A stretch of DNA of 20,000 nucleotides from an uncultured virus (IMG/VR IMGVR_UViG_3300042556_001362) (IMGVR_UViG_3300042556_001362); one strand, 5' to 3'. Counted from the stretch's first letter, positions 1 to 8,918 are shown. The notes: generated by a model from the sequence alone, not told the origin. Made by a program: numbers and translations.

Positions 1-706
1 AAAAACTTGCATTATTTACCATTTTATCATACATTTCTGATTGATTTAAAATATCAATTTCATGTTGCCAATCTTCTCTTTTAAATGGAAGAATTTGTAG
101 ATAAGGAGTTCCTGCAGGCAGGGTTCCTTCCCAACCATCTGCAATAAAAAATGGAAAACTACCTAAAAGATGAACTTTATCTGAATCTACAATACCAGTA
201 GTATTTATAAAAGGTAAGTCAAATCTATTCATGGGCGTCATGAATAAAGCGCTATAGCCTTCTGGTAGTTCTATTCCCCAATCTGGCATCCAAGCAAAAT
301 GGTTTTTATAAAATCCTTTAGGGTGTTCAAATTGTGGCATTGCTGGCCTTGCGCTACAAAAATCTTTAAACTTTATATCATCTACCTTAACATCAATTGT
401 GCCTTTAGAATTTTTAAAAAATGTTAAGTCACATGGAGTTTTAAAAGTATATCCCGTCATAAATGCATCTAGAATTGCTGGACAAGCCTTCCAGGTTGGA
501 ATCTTGCCGTAATCATCTTTGGTTCCTGGCTTTGGAAAAGGACAAACCTCTTTTGGTGCTTTATAATATTCTCCATTTGGCATTTTTGCAAATCTATCTG
601 CATCTTTATACCATTGGGGAATTATGTCTTGTGTTGGAACTGGAACAGAAATACTTTTTTTATTTAACCAAGGTCTAAATGATCTAAACTTAACAACTAA
701 AGACAC
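1..706 (-). CDS. Conserved phage protein, partial (runs off the window); paralogue of 17274..17993 (DUF6065-like, possible dUTPase-like beta fold)
   Basis: Not in the ORF track; translated by hand. GTG start overlaps the upstream TAG (TAGTG). MSLVVKFRSFRPW...IPQWYKD...TWKACPAILDAFMTGY...PEGYSALFMTPMNRFDLPF...GIVDSD...FPFF...GTLPAGTPYLQILPFKREDW..., open to position 1. Same motifs as 17274..17993. Confidence 0.85.
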   Translation of the reverse strand, partial: MSLVVKFRSFRPWLNKKSISVPVPTQDIIPQWYKDADRFAKMPNGEYYKAPKEVCPFPKPGTKDDYGKIPTWKACPAILDAFMTGYTFKTPCDLTFFKNSKGTIDVKVDDIKFKDFCSARPAMPQFEHPKGFYKNHFAWMPDWGIELPEGYSALFMTPMNRFDLPFINTTGIVDSDKVHLLGSFPFFIADGWEGTLPAGTPYLQILPFKREDWQHEIDILNQSEMYDKMVNNASF

Positions 707-1419
707 TACTTATGTCCTAATTCATTGATGTCCGTCATAACTACAACACAATATTTTGCTCCATTTTTCATTGGCAAAGATGCATGTTCGTAAATATAGT
801 TAGATGGACAAAGCAAGATATCCCCTATTTTTGGAGTATGAGTATAGTTATTAAATCTTGGAAATCTAATCTCTCCACCTTCATAATCATCATTAATATA
901 TATTACTGCAGAAACTGTACAATTATATGCTGGTCCATGATCTGCGTGGATATTAAAGTGTTTACCTTCACCCTCATATTTTACAAAATTAAACGCTTCA
1001 TAATATACTATATGTATTCCCCAATATTTTGCATAATCATCAACACAAAACTTTAATTTTTGATATATTTCTTCATGTAGATCAAGAAGTTCCGCATTAT
1101 GCTCATTCCTTAAACCTAAATTTTCTTTTTTATATTTAAAATCAACACAATCTCTTGCTTTTTTTATTGGTTTTTCTGAGTTTGTAACTGTTGCATCTGA
1201 CCACTTATATTTACCGCCACTATTTAAATTAGATTCAAGTATTTTTATATATCTTTCAGAATCTTCTTTTGAAAATACATTTCTGTATAAATTTATACCC
1301 AATTCTGGATTTTCAACTACAATATTATTTCCTATAGTTTTTACTGGATATCTATTTGTTGATGTTTCTGATCTATCTTTAGTAAACCATGGTATTTGAT
1401 TTTCATCTTCATATATCAT
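706..1419 (-). CDS. 2OG-Fe(II) oxygenase, prolyl 4-hydroxylase-like
   Basis: HxD (IHADH), SAVIYINDDYEGGE.xFP, distal H (YEHAS) and K (GAKY). Start placed at ATG 1419 behind a GGAG RBS; the ORF track extends it to 1455. Confidence 0.88.
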   Translation of the reverse strand: MIYEDENQIPWFTKDRSETSTNRYPVKTIGNNIVVENPELGINLYRNVFSKEDSERYIKILESNLNSGGKYKWSDATVTNSEKPIKKARDCVDFKYKKENLGLRNEHNAELLDLHEEIYQKLKFCVDDYAKYWGIHIVYYEAFNFVKYEGEGKHFNIHADHGPAYNCTVSAVIYINDDYEGGEIRFPRFNNYTHTPKIGDILLCPSNYIYEHASLPMKNGAKYCVVVMTDINELGHK

Positions 1420-1479
1420 ATAAATTATCTCCGTCTCTTTATTATATTGTATCATAAAAAAATGTTTTATTTATTAAAC

Positions 1480-1531
1480 AATAAAAGTAATAAAAAATAT
1501 TTAATTTATATTATTTTTTATTACTTTTATT
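1480..1531. repeat. Perfect 20-bp AT-rich inverted repeat with 12-nt loop
   Basis: AATAAAAGTAATAAAAAATA (1480-1499) and TATTTTTTATTACTTTTATT (1512-1531). Confidence 0.8.
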
Positions 1532-1581
1532 ATTTTTTTATTTGTTTAAAAAAAGATTAACCAAACATAATGTTACTGTTC

Positions 1582-2385
1582 TTACTGGAATATAATGTTA
1601 CCGCCACCGAAACCTGGGAAGAACGGGAAGAATGGTGGGAAGAACGGGAAGAATGGTGGGAAGAATGGGAAGAACGGTGGGAAGAATGGGAAGAACGGGA
1701 AGAATGGTGGGAAGAACGGGAAGAATGGTGGGAAGAACGGGAAGAATGGTGGGAAGAATGGGAAGAACGGTGGGAAGAATGGTGGAAAAAATGGAGGAGT
1801 AGTTACACTACCTGATGCATTTGAGGTTCCTGAGTTACCATTATCGTTAGTTGCATAAACTGTATAAGTTTGTGAAGTATTTGCTTCTTGAGTAACATTA
1901 ACACTTGTTGTTCCTGAACCTACTGTAGCGCCTTTTCCATCAGAAGATGCCCAAGTATATCCAGTAATTGCTTTACCACCATTTGCAGGGGCAGTCCAAG
2001 AAACATTATCATTCAATGCTGAAGTTGTTACGCTTGGTGCAGAAGGTGTTGCTGGTACTGTAGTTGCTGTAATAGAGTTAGAGGCAGATGAATCAAGTGA
2101 TGAACCTGATAGGTTATTTCCTTTAACGGTAAATGTATAAGATGTATTGGATTGCAATCCTTCAATTGTTATAGGTGAAGAAGAGCCAGTTGCTGTATAA
2201 CCACCTGGTGATGATGTAACTGTAAAAGATGTTGCTGGCGCTCCTGCTCCTTCAGAAAAGGTTACAGTGGCAGCACCGTTGTTAAATGCACGAGATGTTC
2301 CCACATCAGTTGCTGTTCCAATTGTTGGGATGCCAGGAGCACCCTTCGCAGAGGAACTAATGGTGCCCAGAATATCTGTTGCCAT
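1582..2385 (-). CDS. Virion-type protein: two fibronectin type III domains plus a C-terminal (P)PFF low-complexity tail
   Basis: FN3 motifs (PGIPTIGTAT...ITIEGLQSNTSYTFTV; VSWTAPANGGKAITGYT...YTVYATN). Tail of 17 PFF/PPFF units. AAAGGGTAGG RBS upstream. Confidence 0.85.
   Translation of the reverse strand: MATDILGTISSSAKGAPGIPTIGTATDVGTSRAFNNGAATVTFSEGAGAPATSFTVTSSPGGYTATGSSSPITIEGLQSNTSYTFTVKGNNLSGSSLDSSASNSITATTVPATPSAPSVTTSALNDNVSWTAPANGGKAITGYTWASSDGKGATVGSGTTSVNVTQEANTSQTYTVYATNDNGNSGTSNASGSVTTPPFFPPFFPPFFPFFPPFFPFFPPFFPFFPPFFPFFPFFPPFFPFFPPFFPFFPPFFPFFPGFGGGNIIFQ
1616..1797. repeat. Coding tandem repeat of 9-nt (GGGAAGAAY) and 12-nt units, mainly 21-nt period, with a ~75-nt block duplicated at 93-nt spacing
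   Basis: Read directly; encodes PFF/PPFF on the minus strand. The block starting at 1616 recurs at 1709. Confidence 0.95.
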
Positions 2386-2414
2386 TAACCTACCCTTTCC
2401 GTTCTTTAATTAAA

Positions 2415-4511
2415 CTAACTAATATCTCCTACAACGTACCAAACATCTGAACCTTCATATACGCATGTTGCTGAAGAATACTGAGCACGAAGTTTTGGAG
2501 CAGTAGCGGTTGCACCAGTGCTTCTAATAGTAACTCCAGAGCCTTGTGCAAAAGTAACTTGGCCTGCACCTTTTTGAAGAACAGTTATCTGTGATCCAGT
2601 TGCGTAAGCAACATCACCTGATGGTGGAATAGTAACTGTAATTGCTGAACCATTAGAGGCTGTTACAACTTTTCCAGCATCACCTAAAACAAGTGTGTAT
2701 GTTGTTCCAGTTTGAGCATTAAGTCCTAGATTAATTTTAGGGGCTGTTAAAGTTTTGTTTGTTAAGGTTTCTGCTACATCTTTTAACAATGTACCGTTTA
2801 GATAAAGTGATTTTCCAGATGCTAAATTAATATGCTCGGAAGATGTCCAAGCGTCTGTAGCGTCAACCCAGTTAAAGGTTTTATCAGTTGCGCCTTTAAG
2901 TGTAATACCACCGCCATCTGCTGTTGTGTCAGTTGGTGATGTTACATCTCCAAGGATTATATTCTTGTCTTCAACAACTAAATTAGTTGAGTTAATGTTT
3001 GTTGTAGTTCCACTTACAGTCAAATCTCCACTAAGTGTTAAATTTGCTGCAGATACTGTTCCTGTAAATGTTGGATCTGCTAAAGGTGCTTTGGCAGCAA
3101 GATCTGTAGTTAATCCAGAAATTTTAGACTGAGCAATTGCTGCAGAGGCATTAATATCTCCATCAACAATAGTTCCATCAGTAATCATTGTGCTTGTAAC
3201 TGTTCCAGTGTCTCCAGTAGTAACAAAGTTAGAATCTGAAAGAGCAGTATTAAATTCGGCTGTTGTTCCGCTTACAGTATTTGTTGCTAAAGAAATAGAT
3301 TTGTTAGAAAATGTATTTGTTGATGTTGCGCTAACTGTAATATCGGTTGTAAAAGCAATTGTTCCTGAAGCATCTGGAATTGTAATTGTTCTGTCAGCAG
3401 TTGGATCTACAACAGTTAATGTGGTTTCAAAATCATTTGGTGTAGAACCTTCAAGAACAATGCTTCCATCGGTAATTTGTAGATTGCTTACTAGTGGACT
3501 TGTTAGTGTTTTGTTGGTAAGGGTTTGTGTAGCAGTATCAACAACAAGTGTTCCTGCTGCATCAGGGAATGAAATAGTTATATCAGAGGTTGGATCTCCC
3601 GCAGCAAGAGTAAGTTCATGATCGTTTGCTGTAGTACCTTCAAAAACAACTGATGTACTTAGTACTCCAACAGAAGTAATATCTGAAAGGTTGCCAGTTG
3701 TAATTACTGTACCAGTTACGTCTGGAAGTGTAATAGTACGATCTGCTGTTGGGTCTTGTGCTTGCACAGTAGTTTCAAATTCATTTGGTGTTGCACCCTC
3801 AAATATAATTTGACCAGAAAATACTCCAGTATTAGTAATATCGGACATATTTCCAGTTGTAATTACTGTACCGCTAGCATCTGGGAAAGTAATTACACGA
3901 TCTTCAGTTGGATCTCCTGCAGAAAGTGTTAATTCAAAATCATTTGGAGTAGTTCCTTCCATTGTAATGGTTGAACTAAATATTCCAAGGGCTGTAATAT
4001 CTGAAAGGTTGCCAGTTGTAATTACTGTACCAGTTACGTCAGGGATTGTAACTGTACGGTCTGCGGTTGGATCTGTAAATTGAAGAGTAGTTTCAAATGC
4101 ATTTGCTGTCGCACCTTCCACAACAATTGAACTATCTGAAATTATAAGTCCTGAAATTGATGGACCTTGTAAAGTTTTATTTGTAAGTGTTTCATGTGTA
4201 TCACGAAGAACAAGTTGTCCACTTGCATTTGGAATTGTAATTGTGCGATCTTCGGTTGGATCTTCTACTGATAAAGTAGTTTCATAAGAGTCGGCGGTAG
4301 CGCCTTCAAAAGTAATGCTTGTACCAAAAGCAGGATTTGCAGTTGAGTTGGCATCAATAAAATAGTCTATGTCTGCCCAGTGATTTGTTCCATCACCAAT
4401 TTTAAATTTATTTGTGTCTGACTCCCACCCCATTTCACCAGCATTTAATACTGGATTTGCTGATGTCCATTGAGCCGCAGTACCTCTGCGTTGCTGCATT
4501 CTGGTTGCCAT
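2415..4511 (-). CDS. Tail fibre protein with Mtd_N-like (major tropism determinant N-terminal) domain and six ~53-aa repeats
   Basis: N-terminus MATRMQQRRGTAAQW...GEMGWESDTNKFKIGDG. Six xEGxTxxxxExTxxxxDPTxDxxI(T/S)xPxxxG repeats, LTNKTL motifs, Thr/Ala/Gly-rich. AAGGAG RBS. Confidence 0.85.
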   Translation of the reverse strand: MATRMQQRRGTAAQWTSANPVLNAGEMGWESDTNKFKIGDGTNHWADIDYFIDANSTANPAFGTSITFEGATADSYETTLSVEDPTEDRTITIPNASGQLVLRDTHETLTNKTLQGPSISGLIISDSSIVVEGATANAFETTLQFTDPTADRTVTIPDVTGTVITTGNLSDITALGIFSSTITMEGTTPNDFELTLSAGDPTEDRVITFPDASGTVITTGNMSDITNTGVFSGQIIFEGATPNEFETTVQAQDPTADRTITLPDVTGTVITTGNLSDITSVGVLSTSVVFEGTTANDHELTLAAGDPTSDITISFPDAAGTLVVDTATQTLTNKTLTSPLVSNLQITDGSIVLEGSTPNDFETTLTVVDPTADRTITIPDASGTIAFTTDITVSATSTNTFSNKSISLATNTVSGTTAEFNTALSDSNFVTTGDTGTVTSTMITDGTIVDGDINASAAIAQSKISGLTTDLAAKAPLADPTFTGTVSAANLTLSGDLTVSGTTTNINSTNLVVEDKNIILGDVTSPTDTTADGGGITLKGATDKTFNWVDATDAWTSSEHINLASGKSLYLNGTLLKDVAETLTNKTLTAPKINLGLNAQTGTTYTLVLGDAGKVVTASNGSAITVTIPPSGDVAYATGSQITVLQKGAGQVTFAQGSGVTIRSTGATATAPKLRAQYSSATCVYEGSDVWYVVGDIS

Positions 4512-4551
4512 TTATTACTCCTTTGGTGTATGTATATATTATAACAGATAA

Positions 4552-5004
4552 TTAATTAAAATTATCAACAGCCGTTCCACCATCATATGTTGCTTCAAAT
4601 GATGCTGTATTATATAGCCCACCACTTACAAGAACTCCTGGCTCGTTGTATGCTCCACCACTAATAAAAGTACTTACGATTAAACCATTTCCGTCAATTG
4701 CTGTATCATGAATGTGATCTTGAAGTGATTCTGCATCTTCTAATGTTGCAATTGCAAGCCATTCACCACTGTAGTAAACATGTACACGTTCTGTTAATGT
4801 ATCAAACCATAAATTTCCATTTGCTGGAGTTGCTGGCTTTGTTGTTCCAATTGTTGGGGTTCCAACTGCTGTATCTACATATAGTTTTGTTGCTGCATGT
4901 GCATTTTGAGTAGGTGTGGCAACTGTAACAGTTCCTCCAAAAGTACCGCCTTCGGCAACGTTAATGCCGTGCTTTACTCTAAAGTCCTTATTTACGGTTG
5001 CCAC
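4552..5004 (-). CDS. Putative tail/virion structural protein
   Basis: GTG start. N-terminus MATVNKDFRVK shared with 5024..7150. AATKLYVD and PxxGxLWFDT fibre motifs. Confidence 0.75.
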   Translation of the reverse strand: MATVNKDFRVKHGINVAEGGTFGGTVTVATPTQNAHAATKLYVDTAVGTPTIGTTKPATPANGNLWFDTLTERVHVYYSGEWLAIATLEDAESLQDHIHDTAIDGNGLIVSTFISGGAYNEPGVLVSGGLYNTASFEATYDGGTAVDNFN

Positions 5005-5023
5005 TTCCGACCTCTATTTCTAT

Positions 5024-7150
5024 TTATGCTTCGATATAAGTTTTGCTTACTTTAACAGCAGTATCTGCTGATGCACCAGTTACCTGAAGAAGAACGTTTC
5101 CACTGCTGTAAACAGCGTTAGTTGTTCCTAGTTCAGCATTGCTGATTACATCTGCATACTCTGTTAAGTAAACGGAATTGTTTCCATCAACTGTAACAAG
5201 TAATTCAATTACTTCAATATCATTACCCTTTTTCATTTGTACGATATATTTAGCACTTGAGTATGTAGTTGCTGACCATGTATCAATTGTTGTTGCTGAA
5301 GTTGAAGCGGTAGCAAGAGCAGATCCAAGAAGAACATCTGGAAGAGCAATACTTGTAGCAGTTGCTGCACCAAGAGTTGGTGTAGTAAAGGTTGGACTGT
5401 TAGTAAATGCTACTGTTCCAGATCCTGCTTCATCAGTTAATGCTGATGCAAGGTTTGCAGAAGATGGAGTTGCAAGGAATGTTGCCACGCCTTCTCCAAG
5501 ACCTGAAATACCAGTTGCTACTGGAAGACCAGTTGCATTTGTTAAAGTTGCTGCTGATGGAGTTCCAAGATCAGGAGTTGTTAATGTTGGTGATGTTAGT
5601 GTCTTGTTTGTAAGGGTTTGTGTACCTGTTAATGTTACTACAGTTGAATCAATATCAAGAGTGTTTCCAGTCTTGTCTAATCCTGTACCCGCAACAATTT
5701 GTCCTAAACCAGTAAACTGAGTAAAGGTAAGTGCTGTAGTTCCAACTGTGATTGCACCATTATTGGTTAATGTATAACCTTGATCAGCGTTTACAGTTCC
5801 TTGTTCTACGAATACTGCAAAGTTTGCAGTAACTTCTGCACCTGAATCTGCATCAGTTGAACGATCTGGGGCACCAGATGCCTTAACAACGTAGATACCG
5901 TTTTCTGAACCAGTTGACTGATCTTTAACAAGAACACGATCTCCAGTAGCAAGAGTTACGCCATCAAGGACATCTCCATTTTCAAGATCAGAAGCAAGTG
6001 TTACGTTAGCAGTTGTTGCTGCTCGTACAGATGCTTTCCAGTCAATACCTTGTGCTGCTGAGTCTACATAAGACTTTGTTGCTGCATCTGTTGCATCTGT
6101 AGGAGTTCCAAGACCTGTAATCTTGTTTGTACCCATTGCGATTGCGCCAGACATTGTTCCACCAGCAAGTGCTAACTTAGCAGCAAGATCTGTTGTAAGA
6201 TTTGCAATCTTAGACTGAGCGATTGCAGCAGCAGAATTAATGTCTGCATCTACAATTGTGTCATTAGCAATCTTTGCTGAGGTTACTGCACCGTCTGCAA
6301 TTTTTGCTGTTTCTACAGAGTCTGCAGCAAGTTTACCAGCAGTTACGTTAGCATCTGTAATCTTTGCTGTGGTTACTGCGCCATCTGCAAGTTTGCCAGT
6401 GGTTACGTTTAGGTCTGTAATCTTTGCTGTGGTTACTGCACTATCTGCAATCTCTGCTGTATTTACAGCACTATCTGCAATCTTAGCATTTGTAACTGAG
6501 TTTGCAGCAAGTTTTGCATCTGTTACGTTAGCATCAAGAATCTTTGCAGTTGTAACTGAGTCTGCAGCCAACTTTGCTGCTGTTACGTTTGAGTCTGTAA
6601 TCTTTGCAGTTGTAACTGAGTCTGCAGCAAGTTTTGCTTCTGTTACGTTAGCATCTGTAATTTTTGCTGTAGTTACTGAATCTGTAGCAAGTTTTGCTGC
6701 AGTTACGTTTGCATCTGTAATTTTTACGGTAGTTACTGAATCTGAAGCAAGCATTGTTGCTGTAACTGTACCAGTATCACCAGATGTAACTACGGTACCT
6801 GTTACGTTAGGAAGTGTAATTGTACGATCTGCTGTTGGGTCTGCAACTGTAAGAGTTGTCTCGTAGTCATCTGCTGTTGCGCCTTCAAACACAATGCTTG
6901 ATTCAAAAACACCAACTGCTGCTGGTGCTTTCCAGGCAATTCCATTTGTTGCATTTGAGTCTGCAGTAAGAACATAGTTATCGGTTCCAACGGCGAGACG
7001 AGTTACTGCGTCTGCAGCAGATGCTACTAGTAAATCACCTTTTGCGTCTACTAATGCTTCTGTTAATATATCGTGAGAGTTAACGGTCGCAGTTGATCCT
7101 TCAACTACCAGTCCCGCTTTTACTCTAAAATCTTTTGTTACGGTTGCCAT
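5024..7150 (-). CDS. Tail fibre protein with 10-aa VTxAK(I/L) repeat shaft
   Basis: DSVTTAKITD/ANVTAAKLAA repeats, DAATKSYVD, GDRVLVKDQ...ENGIY fibre module. AAGGAG RBS. Confidence 0.85.
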   Translation of the reverse strand: MATVTKDFRVKAGLVVEGSTATVNSHDILTEALVDAKGDLLVASAADAVTRLAVGTDNYVLTADSNATNGIAWKAPAAVGVFESSIVFEGATADDYETTLTVADPTADRTITLPNVTGTVVTSGDTGTVTATMLASDSVTTVKITDANVTAAKLATDSVTTAKITDANVTEAKLAADSVTTAKITDSNVTAAKLAADSVTTAKILDANVTDAKLAANSVTNAKIADSAVNTAEIADSAVTTAKITDLNVTTGKLADGAVTTAKITDANVTAGKLAADSVETAKIADGAVTSAKIANDTIVDADINSAAAIAQSKIANLTTDLAAKLALAGGTMSGAIAMGTNKITGLGTPTDATDAATKSYVDSAAQGIDWKASVRAATTANVTLASDLENGDVLDGVTLATGDRVLVKDQSTGSENGIYVVKASGAPDRSTDADSGAEVTANFAVFVEQGTVNADQGYTLTNNGAITVGTTALTFTQFTGLGQIVAGTGLDKTGNTLDIDSTVVTLTGTQTLTNKTLTSPTLTTPDLGTPSAATLTNATGLPVATGISGLGEGVATFLATPSSANLASALTDEAGSGTVAFTNSPTFTTPTLGAATATSIALPDVLLGSALATASTSATTIDTWSATTYSSAKYIVQMKKGNDIEVIELLVTVDGNNSVYLTEYADVISNAELGTTNAVYSSGNVLLQVTGASADTAVKVSKTYIEA
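6270..6750. repeat. Coding 30-nt/60-nt degenerate tandem repeat
   Basis: Recurrent ATCT(T)TGC.G.GGTTAC / TCTGTAA units encoding VTxAKI/L decapeptides. Confidence 0.85.
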
Positions 7151-7165
7151 CTTTTATCTCCTTGG

Positions 7166-7612
7166 TTAAGCCTTTAATCCCATACGCATGTAGCGTAGAG
7201 TTATAGGGGTTTGTCCTCCCACTGGAACAACAGTTAGTGAAACTGTATCTCCAGCCCGTGAAACAGAGATGGTGCCAATATTCCCATCGTTGTCTATCGT
7301 TGCATATTCTGTAACTGAAACACCTGTTCCATCTACAAGAATATTCATCTCTGTGGCGTAATATTTATTTGCGCCTCCAGAAGTCTTTTTAATTGAGATT
7401 ACATATCTCATTGATCTAAATTCGCTTGCTAAAAAGTTGTCAAATACTGTTGAATTTTCAATGCCATTAATTGTTGATTCGTTATTTCCAGAACTACCCA
7501 AATCTGTTGCTTGTGCTGACAGGGTGTCAATTAAATCAACATAGTTTTCCTGGGTTGGTCTATCTCCAGTTTGAAATAATGCTTTTACTGCTGAGAGCGA
7601 TACTTTAGCCAT
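7166..7612 (-). CDS. Virion structural protein; C-terminal domain resembles the C-terminus of 5024..7150
   Basis: FQTGDRPTQENYVDLIDT N-terminus. EMNILVDG..VSVTEYA aligns with ELLVTVDG..VYLTEYA. Leaderless start 6 nt after TGATATAAT. Confidence 0.75.
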   Translation of the reverse strand: MAKVSLSAVKALFQTGDRPTQENYVDLIDTLSAQATDLGSSGNNESTINGIENSTVFDNFLASEFRSMRYVISIKKTSGGANKYYATEMNILVDGTGVSVTEYATIDNDGNIGTISVSRAGDTVSLTVVPVGGQTPITLRYMRMGLKA

Positions 7613-7632
7613 ATAGGAATTATATCATATTA

Positions 7633-7854
7633 TTAAAGAATATAGTTATTAATTCCAATAATTTGAAGTCCAATTCCAGGTACTCCAGAATATGGAGAAG
7701 GTATTCCAATTGTAGTAAATCTAATTCTAAAAGGTAAAATTTCACTAATTTTTATTCCAGTGTTTATTGGAATAATTTTAGCAACTGCGTAATCTACTGA
7801 CTCAATCTTTTTGGTTCTTTGTGTAGTTTCATCAATAATTATTGCTAAAGCCAT
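7633..7854 (-). CDS. Small hypothetical (virion-associated) protein
   Basis: 73 aa, TAATG-coupled to the upstream gene, ends in PGIGLQIIGINNYIL. Confidence 0.7.
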   Translation of the reverse strand: MALAIIIDETTQRTKKIESVDYAVAKIIPINTGIKISEILPFRIRFTTIGIPSPYSGVPGIGLQIIGINNYIL

Positions 7855-8264
7855 TACGACTCGCTATTTGTTACATCTTCAATAATTATCATTGTTCCTC
7901 TGGCTACCGTCCAAACCCTACTCTCATCACTTAATTCAATATCAAAGATATCGCCAGTCTCTAGCATTGTTGAATCATTTGCACTTAGTGAAACTGTAAA
8001 CTCTCCGTCTAAATCTGTTTCTGTTGGAGAAGGTGCTAATTCTACAATTAACTCTGCATCATCTGTAAACTCTCCTGGTTTAGTATTTGGTCTTTTAATT
8101 TCCATTGCAATGTTCCAGTCTTCAATAACTAATGGATCTTTATTGTCGTCTGTTACATATACTCTAAATGCTGCAGTGTCTCCTCTAACTACCGTCCAAG
8201 TTACGGTAGGTGGTGTTAAGCCAACAGAATAAGAACTTTGTTGTTGTGATCTCAGTATTGCCAT
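7854..8264 (-). CDS. BppU-like baseplate/adaptor protein (WTVVRGDT family)
   Basis: Start corrected to ATG 8264 (TAATG overlap). VRGDT...FDIEL...TVARGT motifs shared with 13426..13779 and 14630..15031. Confidence 0.7.
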   Translation of the reverse strand: MAILRSQQQSSYSVGLTPPTVTWTVVRGDTAAFRVYVTDDNKDPLVIEDWNIAMEIKRPNTKPGEFTDDAELIVELAPSPTETDLDGEFTVSLSANDSTMLETGDIFDIELSDESRVWTVARGTMIIIEDVTNSES

Positions 8265-8785
8265 TATGATAAACCTGCTTTCAGTGATCCCCATGTGCCG
8301 TTGCCTTTTGGCTGACCAACAACTAATATTCCAGTTGTTGCGTTAGACTTTCCTACTATTGCTACCGCACCAGAACCAGTTGCTGGCTGTGTTGCTGTTA
8401 GTCCTCCACCATCTGCAACATAAAGAACATTTCCAGCGGTAAAAGAAGTTGTATTTGCATCAAGAATTACTCCAGAGATAGTAACAACGCCATCTGAGTT
8501 ATTTGCAATTGCAGAACTTGTTAATCCTAATACTGGAAATGTACTAATATTATCGGAATCACATTTTTCAATTGTTGTTTTTGTATTAAATCCAGTTACA
8601 TAAACTGGTGTTGCTTTTGCAATTGTTGAACCACTTATATTTCTAACTTCTATTGTATGATTTACAAGAATAGGCAAGATAAGTTCGATTTGCTCTGCTA
8701 ATTCTTGTAAATCTCCATGAATATCTACTGGATCGCTAGAAAGCGGATAAGGAAGGTCATAGTTTGCAGTTACACCAGTTGCCAT
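8264..8785 (-). CDS. Virion structural protein
   Basis: Start at ATG 8785 (MATGVTANYDLPYP..DPV), 9 nt after TGGTATAAT. VRNxSGSTIAKATPVY and GxxLYV...GGLT motifs. Confidence 0.75.
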   Translation of the reverse strand: MATGVTANYDLPYPLSSDPVDIHGDLQELAEQIELILPILVNHTIEVRNISGSTIAKATPVYVTGFNTKTTIEKCDSDNISTFPVLGLTSSAIANNSDGVVTISGVILDANTTSFTAGNVLYVADGGGLTATQPATGSGAVAIVGKSNATTGILVVGQPKGNGTWGSLKAGLS

Positions 8786-8850
8786 AATCTTATTATTATA
8801 CCACTTCATACTGTAATATTTTTAATAAATGTTCGGGTATATTGATAAAG

Positions 8851-8880
8851 TTGACTTAAATCCCTAAATCATGTTATAAT
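8851..8880 (+). promoter_or_regulatory. Sigma70/SigA-type promoter of the lysozyme-like gene
   Basis: TTGACT (8851-8856), 18-nt spacer, TGtTATAAT (-10 at 8875-8880). Confidence 0.75.
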
Positions 8881-8886
8881 TAATGT

Positions 8887-8918
8887 ACTACCGAAAGGTA
8901 GTTTTTGTTTCTAAGGAG
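8887..8918 (+). terminator. Leader hairpin plus U-tract (attenuator-like) ahead of the RBS
   Basis: ACTACC-GAAA-GGTAGT, then TTTT, then GTTTCTAAGGAG. Confidence 0.55.

Noticed and set aside
1616..1797. CRISPR array or cyclic-peptide (antamanide/cyclolinopeptide-like PPFF) precursor
   Set aside because: No unique spacers. No leader or cleavage motifs and no protease/cyclase in the window; the resemblance is compositional only.
1570..1858. Plus-strand ORFs rich in WEER / GKNG
   Set aside because: Antisense shadows of the PFF repeat. The minus frame is continuous with FN3 domains and has an RBS.
2415..4511. Diversity-generating retroelement implied by the Mtd_N-like domain
   Set aside because: No reverse transcriptase and no adenine-mismatched TR/VR pair visible in the window.
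2926..6990. Long plus-strand ORFs (3190..3621, 5178..5720, 6240..6866 etc.) and 6802..6990
   Set aside because: Shadows caused by biased codon usage of Thr/Ala-rich fibre genes; no RBS or recognisable motifs.
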